This document shows, in pieces, positions 15,506-23,397 of a stretch of DNA of 24,843 nucleotides. The stretch spans positions 1 through 24,843 of the forward strand of contig JBDHDE010000041.1 of the NCBI GenBank assembly GCA_039591655.1. Direction: 5' to 3'. A program made the position numbers and the translations under genes. The notes below the pieces were generated by a model. The model searched no databases. It saw only the letters and a list, made by a program, of their open reading frames with translations, and was not told the DNA's origin. The DNA comes from Gemmatimonadota bacterium. GTDB lineage: Bacteria; Gemmatimonadota; Gemmatimonadetes; Gemmatimonadales; GWC2-71-9. Each line of letters begins with the position of its first letter. Within the stretch, counting starts at the first letter, position 1.

Positions 15506-17398
15506 ATGGAAGACAGCAACCTGCGATCCGTCGCAGCACGCCTCGCCGACACCCTTGCCGACGCGTACGAGATCGAGGGAGAGATCGGCCGTGGTGGCAT
15601 GGGGATCGTATATAGCGCTCGGGACATCAAGCTCAAGCGCCGCGTCGCCATCAAGGTCCTGCCTCCCGACCTCGCCTTCAGGGATGAGATCCGCAAGCGG
15701 TTCCTGAGGGAGGCCCAGACGGCGGCCCGCCTCTCACACCCTCACATCGTCCCTATCCACGCCGTCGGCGAAGCCGCTGGTCTGGTGTACTTCGTCATGG
15801 CCTATGTGGACGGCGAGTCGCTGGGAGGCCGCCTGCGGCGCCGGGACCGGCTCCCTGCCGAGGAAGCCCGCCGGATCATGAAGGAAACGGCCGACGCTCT
15901 GGGCATGGCGCACGCGATGAGCGTAGTCCACCGGGACATCAAGCCGGACAACATCCTCCTCGAGGGCACCCGGCGCCGGGTGGTGGTCACCGACTTCGGG
16001 ATCGCCAAGGCTCTCACCGCAGTGGATGGGGGCACCCTCACAGGTACCGGGGTTGCCATCGGGACGCCGGCCTATATGAGCCCCGAGCAGGCCGCCGGTG
16101 AGAAGGAGATCGACGCGCGCAGCGATATCTACTCCCTCGGCGTCGTTGCCTACGAGATGCTCACCGGCGAGCTCCCGTTCAAGGCCCCGACGGTGGCCGG
16201 CATTCTCCTCAAGCAGGTTACCGAGGTTCCCGCGGACATCCGTACTATGCGAGCGGATTGCCCCGAAGAGCTCTCCACCACCGTCATGCGGTGCCTCGAC
16301 AAGGAGCCGGAAAACCGCTGGCCCACTGCGGATTCGCTGCGGCGCGCCCTCGAGTCTCGCACGTCGGCCCCCTACCGTGCGCTCCCGCCCGCCCCCAGAC
16401 GGCCCGGCCGGCCCGCCGCCAGGCCCAGCAGCCGACCCGCCCGGGCCAAGGATCGCCAGAAGGACGCCGACTGGTGGGAGTGGTTCTCGGAAGGTGATCG
16501 CCGCCGCGTGGCACGCCGCCCGCGGCACGAGATGGAGCGGAAGAAGGATGAGCCCCGTGAGGTAGCGCCCGCCGGCGAGCCCGGCGTCGTGCGCAAGTTC
16601 CGGGCGAACTTTGCTTCGTATGTCTCCGTGAACGGCGGGCTGCTGCTGCTCAACGTGGTCACGGGCCTCGAGACCCCTTGGTTCCTGTTCCCGGCCATTG
16701 CTTGGGGGATCGGGCTCGCCTCGCAGTACGGCAAGCTCTGGTCATCGGGCTACAGCATGCGCGACGTGCTCAACCGCCCGCCGGCGCCCGATGCCCTGCC
16801 GGTGCCCGGCAAGGGGAAGCGGGCGGCGGCCCTACCGGCAGGCTTGCCCGAGCCTACGAGCGGCGAGTTCGGGACCTGGGCCGGTCAGATCGAGCAGATG
16901 CGGCGGGACCACACCGCCATCACGCGGCTGGTAGAGCGGCTTCCCGAGGGCGAGCGTCAGATGCTGCCGGAGGTGGCCCCCACGGTCAACGCCCTGCTGG
17001 AGCGCGCCGTGGAGCTAGCCCGTACCCTCGGCGTGATGGACCGGGACGTGAACCAGGACGCGCTGGCCAGCCTCGATGCCCGCATCGGCGAACTCGAGGC
17101 GAGCAGCAGCAGTCCGGAGACCGACCGTCGTCTCGACCTGCTGAAGCGCCAGCGCGAGGCATTGGGCGAGCTCGTCAAGCGGCGCTCGAAGGTCGAGTCG
17201 CAGTTCGAATCCTGCGTGCTATCGGTGCAGAACGTACGGTTCGATCTCTTACGCCTCCGCTCTGCAGGAGTGGCAGAGGTCCTCAATGATCTTACGTCGG
17301 CTACTCAGCAGGCCCGGGCACTCCGCATAGATATGGAGGCCGCGTTGGATGCAGCCGGCGAGATCAAGGAGGTGCTGGGGAAGGGCGTACCGCGCTAG
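15506..17398 (+). CDS. Hanks-type Ser/Thr protein kinase with 2TM domain and C-terminal coiled-coil domain
   Basis: GRGGMGIVY, VAIK, HRDIKPDN, DFG, GTPAYMSPEQ, SDIYSLG; Pro/Arg linker; 2TM hairpin FASYVSVNGGLLLLNVVTGLETPWFLFPAIAWGIGLA; helical tail. Confidence 0.95.
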   Translation: MEDSNLRSVAARLADTLADAYEIEGEIGRGGMGIVYSARDIKLKRRVAIKVLPPDLAFRDEIRKRFLREAQTAARLSHPHIVPIHAVGEAAGLVYFVMAYVDGESLGGRLRRRDRLPAEEARRIMKETADALGMAHAMSVVHRDIKPDNILLEGTRRRVVVTDFGIAKALTAVDGGTLTGTGVAIGTPAYMSPEQAAGEKEIDARSDIYSLGVVAYEMLTGELPFKAPTVAGILLKQVTEVPADIRTMRADCPEELSTTVMRCLDKEPENRWPTADSLRRALESRTSAPYRALPPAPRRPGRPAARPSSRPARAKDRQKDADWWEWFSEGDRRRVARRPRHEMERKKDEPREVAPAGEPGVVRKFRANFASYVSVNGGLLLLNVVTGLETPWFLFPAIAWGIGLASQYGKLWSSGYSMRDVLNRPPAPDALPVPGKGKRAAALPAGLPEPTSGEFGTWAGQIEQMRRDHTAITRLVERLPEGERQMLPEVAPTVNALLERAVELARTLGVMDRDVNQDALASLDARIGELEASSSSPETDRRLDLLKRQREALGELVKRRSKVESQFESCVLSVQNVRFDLLRLRSAGVAEVLNDLTSATQQARALRIDMEAALDAAGEIKEVLGKGVPR

Positions 17399-17405
17399 AC
17401 TCTAT

Positions 17406-17455
17406 CGCTCGGGGGTGGGCCTCACCGCCGCGCCCTGCAGAAAGCCCAGCCCTCC
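17406..17455 (+). repeat. Dispersed copy of the intergenic repeat, between the convergent kinase and E1 genes
   Basis: 17411-17445 GGGGGTGGGCCTCACCGCCGCGCCCTGCAGAAAGC matches 10865-10899 except for one base; the preceding CGCTC is shared with the copy at 10938. Confidence 0.85.
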
Positions 17456-17482
17456 GGTTCCACCACCAATCCCCAAGCCACT

Positions 17483-19633
17483 TCAGAAAGCGTGCAGCTC
17501 CTGGACAGCCCGCTTGACGTCGCCGACCTGAGGCAGGATCACATCCTCCAATTCGGGTGAGTAGGCCACGAACGTGTCCGTCGACGCGAGCCGCCTGACC
17601 GGCGCGTCGAGCCACGGGAACAGCTCATCCCCGATTCGCGCTGCCAGCTCGGCGCCGTACCCCCAGGACAGGGAGTCCTCGTAGGCCACCAGCACCCTGC
17701 TGGTCTTCTTCACCGAGTCGCCGATCCGCTCCCAATCCACCGGGCTGAGAGAGCGTAGGTCGATGACCTCCGTGCTGATCCCCTCGCTCTCCTCCAGCTC
17801 CTTCGCGGCGACCACTGATCGCTGCACCAGTGCTCCGTAGGTCACCACGGTGACGTCGGTGCCCTCCCGGACGACCTTCGCCTTGCCGAGGGGGATCATG
17901 AAGTCGGGTCCCGGATTGGGCGACTTGTTGTACGTCTGCCGGTACAGGTGCTTGTGCTCCAAGAAAATCACCGGATCGTCGCACCGGATGGCCGTGCGCA
18001 GCAACCCGTTGGCATCGAGGGCGGTGGCGGGGCACACGACGCGCAGCCCCGGGATGTGGGTGAACAGGGACGCGCCGGTTTGCGAGTGGTAGATGGCGCC
18101 ACCCTTGAGGTAGCCCCCGTAGGTCGCACGCACCACTACGGGCGCGCTGAAGGCGTTGTTGCTGCGCCAGCGGAGGAGTGCGAGCTCATTCCGGATCTGG
18201 TGATACGCAGGCCAGATGTAGTCGAAGAACTGAATCTCCACCACGGGCTTGATACCCCGGGTGGCTAGCCCCACTGCCCGGCCAACGATGTTGGCTTCCG
18301 CGAGGGGCGAGTTGTACACGCGGTCGCCGCCGAACCGCTTCTGCAGTCCCCATGTGACCTTGAAGACGCCGCCCTTCCCCTTCACATCCTCGATGTGCTC
18401 GTCCCTCGAAATGTCCGCGATGTCCTCTCCGAACAGGACGATCCGGGGATCCCGCTTCATTTCGTCCTGCAGGCACCTGTTGAGGAGGTCCACCATCGTA
18501 GTCGGGTCGCCTTCGAACTGCGGGTCCTCCTCGGTATCGAATGCTGCGCCCGTGGGGTCCACATCTGGAGAGTACACGTACAGCGACACGGTATCGGCCG
18601 TGGGCTGCGGAGCCGCCAGGGCGACCTCGGCCGCCAGATCCACATCCTCGTCGACCTTGGCCTGGATCTCCTCGATCTCGGCTTCGGTTGCGACTCCCTC
18701 TGCGGTCAACTTCGCCCGGAACGTAGCAACCGGGTCACGCCTCGCCTCCTCCTCGCGCTCCCAGCCGGGCTTGTAGTGCACCTCGTCGTCGGAGAGCGAG
18801 TGTGAATACGGACGGATCACGTCGGCGTGGATCAACGCGGGGCCCTTGCGGGCCCGACAGTACGCGATGGCCGTGGCCAGCACATCGTACGAGAGGAGGG
18901 GGTCGCACCCGTCCATGTCGTCCACGTAGAGGTTCGGAAAGCAGGTTACGAGACTCGAGATCGACCCGCCTGCGGTCTGCACCTCCCGGGGCACCGAGAT
19001 CGCGTAGCCGTTGTCCTCGATCAGGAAGAGTACCGGGAGCTGCAGGTTGCTCGCCGTGTTCAGCGCCTCCCAGAACTCTCCCTCGCTGGTCGTGCCGTCT
19101 CCCGAAGTGCACAACACCACTTCGTCGCCCTCGATCCGCTCTTCACGATCGGGGATGTCCTTGATGCGGTCGTACCGCAGCCACGCCTCGGCACAGCCAA
19201 TGGCGTTGAGATACTGCGTACCGGTGGGGCTCGACGAGCTTACGATGTTGAGATCCTTGTGCCCCCAGTGAGAGGGCATCTGCCGACCTCCCGAGTTGGG
19301 ATCGTCGGCCGCGGCGAAGGCCGAGAGCAGCATCTCCGTGGGCGTCATGCCCAGGGCGAGGCACAGCGCCCGGTCCCGGTAATAGGTGTAGAACCAATCG
19401 TGACCCGGCTTGAGGATCTTCCCGGCCGCTACCTGCACGGCCTCGTGCCCGGCACCGGAGATCTGGAAGAAGATCCTATTCTGGCGCTTCAGCTGCACTT
19501 CCTTGTCGTCCAACCGCCGTGACGTGAGCATCAGGCGGTACAGCTCGAGCAGCTCGTGCTTCTCGAGCCGCGCGGCCGGCTTGCGCTTCGGACGTGCCTT
19601 GGATCGGGACTTGGGGTTGGCTCGGGAGGTCAT
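17483..19633 (-). CDS. 2-oxoacid (branched-chain/pyruvate) dehydrogenase E1, fused alpha/beta subunits
   Basis: [19 protein letters not shown] motif GDGTTSEG...[15 protein letters not shown]; beta part [38 protein letters not shown]. Confidence 0.95.
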   Translation of the reverse strand: MTSRANPKSRSKARPKRKPAARLEKHELLELYRLMLTSRRLDDKEVQLKRQNRIFFQISGAGHEAVQVAAGKILKPGHDWFYTYYRDRALCLALGMTPTEMLLSAFAAADDPNSGGRQMPSHWGHKDLNIVSSSSPTGTQYLNAIGCAEAWLRYDRIKDIPDREERIEGDEVVLCTSGDGTTSEGEFWEALNTASNLQLPVLFLIEDNGYAISVPREVQTAGGSISSLVTCFPNLYVDDMDGCDPLLSYDVLATAIAYCRARKGPALIHADVIRPYSHSLSDDEVHYKPGWEREEEARRDPVATFRAKLTAEGVATEAEIEEIQAKVDEDVDLAAEVALAAPQPTADTVSLYVYSPDVDPTGAAFDTEEDPQFEGDPTTMVDLLNRCLQDEMKRDPRIVLFGEDIADISRDEHIEDVKGKGGVFKVTWGLQKRFGGDRVYNSPLAEANIVGRAVGLATRGIKPVVEIQFFDYIWPAYHQIRNELALLRWRSNNAFSAPVVVRATYGGYLKGGAIYHSQTGASLFTHIPGLRVVCPATALDANGLLRTAIRCDDPVIFLEHKHLYRQTYNKSPNPGPDFMIPLGKAKVVREGTDVTVVTYGALVQRSVVAAKELEESEGISTEVIDLRSLSPVDWERIGDSVKKTSRVLVAYEDSLSWGYGAELAARIGDELFPWLDAPVRRLASTDTFVAYSPELEDVILPQVGDVKRAVQELHAF

Positions 19634-19653
19634 CGCCGAAAAAGATAACAGCG

Positions 19654-19905
19654 TCAGCGGAGCTTGGTGAGCTTGCGTAGTGTCTCCAGCTTCTCCAATG
19701 CGGACTTGGACGAGGCCGTGTCGCCGATCGCCCCGAGAGCGTCGCGGACGTCCATCAACACCTCGAGGATGAGCTGCTCCCGCTGGTACGACCAGTCCAG
19801 CTGCGCCATTCGCTCCTTGTCACCGGCCTTGGTGGCGCGGTCGTAGGCGTCTCGGTAAATGGTCTCCAAGTTGGCGAGGACGTCCTGGCGGGGTCGCGGG
19901 CTCAT
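19654..19905 (-). CDS. Small helical hypothetical protein (83 aa)
   Basis: Start re-called at ATG 19905 ([17 protein letters not shown]); amphipathic helices; ends 20 nt before the E1 start. Confidence 0.75.
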   Translation of the reverse strand: MSPRPRQDVLANLETIYRDAYDRATKAGDKERMAQLDWSYQREQLILEVLMDVRDALGAIGDTASSKSALEKLETLRKLTKLR

Positions 19906-19936
19906 ACCGAAGCTCTCTGTTCTCGTGTTTGCGCAG

Positions 19937-19965
19937 AATCTCGTAGCCGAGGCGCGGCGGTGCAA
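19937..19965 (-). promoter_or_regulatory. Internal promoter candidate TTGCAC-N17-GAGATT for the 83-aa gene and E1
   Basis: Located in the 61-nt gap after the DUF1015 stop, with exact 17-nt spacing. Confidence 0.45.
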
Positions 19966-19966
19966 C

Positions 19967-21217
19967 TCAGTAGCCGAGGATCACCAACCCGCTGGGCACC
20001 TTGGGTACGAAATACGTGGACTTCTGCGGCATCACGGAGCCAGCGTCGGCTACGTCCAACACCCGCTCGAGGGCCGTCGGGTTGAGCAGCACCCCGGCCG
20101 GCGCGGCGCCGCTCCTCACCTCGTCGATCACGTGATGGGCATCGGCACTGTACTCGATCCGAGCGTCCCCTCCGGCACTGGACTTCAGCCGCTTGACCAC
20201 GATCTCGTCGATGCGTGCCACGTCCAGCGATGCCACCACGGGCTCGTTGGCAAACGGAAGATCCCCGAGACTCGCGCCGCCCTTGAGTAGCAGCGCCACG
20301 CCGCGGCCGCCCGACAACACTACAACGCACGCCGTCCCTCGGTCGCGCAGCGTGGCGAGCTCCTCTGCGTAGTTGGCCTCCGGCGGCAGGTCCCGCATCT
20401 GAAACCGCTCCCGCAGATCACCGGCGATGGCGGTCTCTCCTACGTCCTCGCCGCGCACAATCCGGTGGGTCGGCAGCACAACCAGGCCGGGGTCTCCAGC
20501 CGGAACGATGTGCGCCGGGACCCGGTCCGCCGCCGGGTTCTCACCGCGGTAGGCAATGGCAGTCTCGTAGCGGTGGTGACCATCCGCAATGTAGAGCGCC
20601 GCGCTCCCCGCCGCCTCGGCCAGAGCACGCGCCCGGCGGCCCGTCACCCGCCACAGCGTGTTCTGCACTCCCAGTAGCTCGGCCACGGCGAGATGCTTGC
20701 GTTCGACCGCTTCCTCCAGGGCCGCCTGCAGCGAGCCGTCCTCGTCTCGCTTCACCATGAAGAGCGCCTCGAACATCGCCTCGGTGGCACGAGCCAGCGC
20801 CAGACGATCCTCCTTGGGGCCCGTGTGCGTCCTCTCGTGCGGCTTGACACGCCCCTCGACAAAGGACTCCACTGCAACGCCGCCAATGACGCCGGTGCGG
20901 GTGCGACGCTTGCCATCAGGCGCCGTGAACTCCTGGCGCAGCACTGTGAGCGAGGGGTCGGCATCGGCTGCGAAGACCCCAGCCTGCCGCCACTCGGCGA
21001 GCTGCATCGCCGCGGCGGCGTAGCGCTGCTCGTCGCCCTCCGGCAAGATCAGGTGGACGATGTTGTGGGGGTCCCGCCCCGCGAGTGTCTCCCGTTCCGC
21101 CGGGGCGATGACGTCGTAGGGCGGAGCGATGAGATCGCTCAGTCTCGCCCGCTTGGCGTACCGCTCACCCACGAACGGGGCGACGAGCGGACTCTGGACC
21201 TCCGTTGGCGTCTTCAA
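19967..21217 (-). CDS. DUF1015 family protein (ParB/Srx-like fold)
   Basis: APPYDVI, VKPHERT, YIADGHHRYETA, LPTHR, MPQKSTYFVPKVPSGL; TTG start with GGAG 8 nt upstream. Confidence 0.9.
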   Translation of the reverse strand: MKTPTEVQSPLVAPFVGERYAKRARLSDLIAPPYDVIAPAERETLAGRDPHNIVHLILPEGDEQRYAAAAMQLAEWRQAGVFAADADPSLTVLRQEFTAPDGKRRTRTGVIGGVAVESFVEGRVKPHERTHTGPKEDRLALARATEAMFEALFMVKRDEDGSLQAALEEAVERKHLAVAELLGVQNTLWRVTGRRARALAEAAGSAALYIADGHHRYETAIAYRGENPAADRVPAHIVPAGDPGLVVLPTHRIVRGEDVGETAIAGDLRERFQMRDLPPEANYAEELATLRDRGTACVVVLSGGRGVALLLKGGASLGDLPFANEPVVASLDVARIDEIVVKRLKSSAGGDARIEYSADAHHVIDEVRSGAAPAGVLLNPTALERVLDVADAGSVMPQKSTYFVPKVPSGLVILGY

Positions 21218-21221
21218 TCAG

Positions 21222-22133
21222 CTAACTCCAAGGACGGGCGGCTCGCAGCGCCTCTGCGAGAAGCGAACGATACGACTCGAGACGGCTCGCGGCGATATCG
21301 CGTTGCTCGACCGCCATGGCAACCGCACAATCGGGCTCCTCCAGATGGCGGCAGTTGTCGAACCGGCAGTGCGGAGCATGCTCGGTGAACTCGGGAAATG
21401 CCGCGGCGACTTCGAGCGGCTCCAACCCCCAAAGCCCGATGTCGCGCAGGCCCGGCGTGTCCACCACGAACCCGCCGCCGCTCAGCGGGTGCATCTCGGC
21501 CGAGACCGTCGTGTGCCTGCCGGTGCGGGACTTCGCGCTCACCTCACCGGTACGCAGCCGGAGACCCGGCTGGATCGCATTCAGCAGGCTCGACTTGCCC
21601 ACTCCGGTGGGACCCATAAGAAGGGACACGTGACCCTCGAGCCGGGCACGCAGCTCCTCGATTCCGCTACCGTCGCGTGCGCTCGTGAGCAACACGGGAT
21701 AGCCGGCGCGCTCATACGGCGCTATGCTGACGCGGCATTCCTCCGCCAGATCGCACTTGTTGATCACCACCAGGACCGGTAGGTCGTTTGCTGCAGCCAC
21801 GACGGTGAACCGGTCCATCTGGTGAGGGTCCCAGTCCGGGTGCCTGGCCGCACCCACCACCACCACCCAATCCACGTTGGACGCGACCTCCCGCTCCCCA
21901 TGTGACTTCCCCGGGCTGCGGCGCTTGAGCACTGAGCGACGCGGATGCACATCCTCGATGGTGGCCGCCTCCCCGGGGTGCAGTTCCACCGTCACCTCGT
22001 CTCCTACGAGGACCTTGTCTCGTCCCCGCTTCAGGCGCCCACGCAGCGTGGCGTCGAAGTCCTCCCCCTCGTGGAAGATCCGGTAGCGACCACCGGTCTT
22101 CGAGAGCACGACGCCCTCGGAGCGGGCTAACAC
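21222..22133 (-). CDS. rsgA: Ribosome small subunit-dependent GTPase A
   Basis: Start re-called at GTG 22133 (SD GGAG upstream; overlaps the upstream stop). OB-fold VLVGDEV; circularly permuted G motifs NKCD, GPTGVGKSS, GRHTT, DTPG; Zn finger CRFDNCRHLEEPDC. Confidence 0.96.
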   Translation of the reverse strand: MLARSEGVVLSKTGGRYRIFHEGEDFDATLRGRLKRGRDKVLVGDEVTVELHPGEAATIEDVHPRRSVLKRRSPGKSHGEREVASNVDWVVVVGAARHPDWDPHQMDRFTVVAAANDLPVLVVINKCDLAEECRVSIAPYERAGYPVLLTSARDGSGIEELRARLEGHVSLLMGPTGVGKSSLLNAIQPGLRLRTGEVSAKSRTGRHTTVSAEMHPLSGGGFVVDTPGLRDIGLWGLEPLEVAAAFPEFTEHAPHCRFDNCRHLEEPDCAVAMAVEQRDIAASRLESYRSLLAEALRAARPWS

Positions 22134-22450
22134 ACCGGGCGCTCCCTCCCCGCGTCGATAGCCCGGTCCAGGTGCTGCTTCACCTCGTGCAGGGTGAGCG
22201 CTCCGACCTGGGCCTCCGCTTCCTCGGGCGTGCTGCCGAAGGCGAGGTAGGGAGTCTCCAGGTGTCCCACGGCGTGGCTGCCCATCTCCGACCACCGCAC
22301 GAAGAGCACGGCCGCTCCGAACCGCCCCCGCTTGTCGGGCGTGTCGTCCACGTACACGGCTGCCGAGTACGCCGCCCCGTCAGCACCTTCGAACGCAGGC
22401 GGGCGATCATGGACTTCCAGGTATCCACCCAGGGTCGAGTCGTCAATCAC
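22127..22450 (-). CDS. Hypothetical protein (107 aa)
   Basis: GTGA overlap with the proline dehydrogenase stop and overlap with the rsgA start; sequence TLGGYLEVHDRPPAFEGADG. Confidence 0.8.
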   Translation of the reverse strand: MIDDSTLGGYLEVHDRPPAFEGADGAAYSAAVYVDDTPDKRGRFGAAVLFVRWSEMGSHAVGHLETPYLAFGSTPEEAEAQVGALTLHEVKQHLDRAIDAGRERPVC

Positions 22451-23379
22451 CGGCGTCGGAAGGTCTCTTTCAGAAGGCTGCCGACCATGAACGCCACGTT
22501 GGCGGGGCGCTCGGCGAGGCGCCGCATTAGATAGGGGTACCAGGCTGTGCCGAAGGGGATGTACACACGCATGTTGTAGCCCTTGGCGTGCAGAGCATCC
22601 TGCAGGTCACGGCGCACCCCATAGAGCATCTGGAACTCGAAGCGTTCGGGCGGGATCTCCCGCTGCTCCGCAAACGCGACTGTGCGGTCGATCAGGGCCT
22701 TGTCGTGTGTCGCGATGCCGGGGTAGTTGCCATGTTCCAGCAGCTTCTGCATGAGCACGTCGAACGAATCGCTCACTTCCCTCCGCGCCTGGAACGCAAT
22801 CTCGGCCGGCTCGGCGTATGCCCCTTTGCACAGCCTGACCCGAGCGTCCAGTGCGTTGAGATCATCGACGTCCGCGTCGGAGCGCCGCAGGTAGCTCTGG
22901 ATCACGACCCCCGTCAGCCCATCGAACTCGGGGTGGAACCGGTCATAGAACAGTCGCAGGGTCCGCTCCGTGTAGTCAGAGCCCTCCATGTCGATCCGAA
23001 CGAAGACGCCCACCTCCTTCGCACGGGCCAACACCGACCGCATGTTATCCGCGCAGAGAGCGTCACTGATCTCGAGTCCGAGCTGGGTGAGCTTGACGGA
23101 GACGTTGCCGTCGACCCTCGACCGCGCAACGGCTTCGACGGTACGGATGATCTCATCACGGGCCTTGTGGGTCTCTTCGGGACTGGCAACGCTCTCACCG
23201 AGGAGGTCGAGGCTCACCGTGATGCCCTTGGCATTCATCGCCCGGGCCGCCTCGATCGCGCTGTCCAGGGTCTCCCCCGCCACAAAACGGGAAGCGACGC
23301 GACGCGCCAACCGGTTGCGCTTGACGAAGGCAAAGATGCGCGAGCGTTCGCTGAGCCAGAGAAAAGTCGATCGTAGCAC
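22447..23379 (-). CDS. Monofunctional proline dehydrogenase (PRODH)
   Basis: RFVAGE, SVKLTQLG, RIDME, VIQSYLRR, VRLCKGAY, ATHD, EFQMLYG, YLMRRLAERP. Confidence 0.96.
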   Translation of the reverse strand: MLRSTFLWLSERSRIFAFVKRNRLARRVASRFVAGETLDSAIEAARAMNAKGITVSLDLLGESVASPEETHKARDEIIRTVEAVARSRVDGNVSVKLTQLGLEISDALCADNMRSVLARAKEVGVFVRIDMEGSDYTERTLRLFYDRFHPEFDGLTGVVIQSYLRRSDADVDDLNALDARVRLCKGAYAEPAEIAFQARREVSDSFDVLMQKLLEHGNYPGIATHDKALIDRTVAFAEQREIPPERFEFQMLYGVRRDLQDALHAKGYNMRVYIPFGTAWYPYLMRRLAERPANVAFMVGSLLKETFRRR

Positions 23380-23397
23380 GAAGGAGTGAGGTCGGGG

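Noticed and set aside
19951..19962. CACCGCCGCGCC (minus strand) shared with the repeat core; also GGCCTCACCG near 11794 inside the trmB-like gene
   Set aside because: Short GC-rich matches without the flanking repeat elements; plausible by chance.
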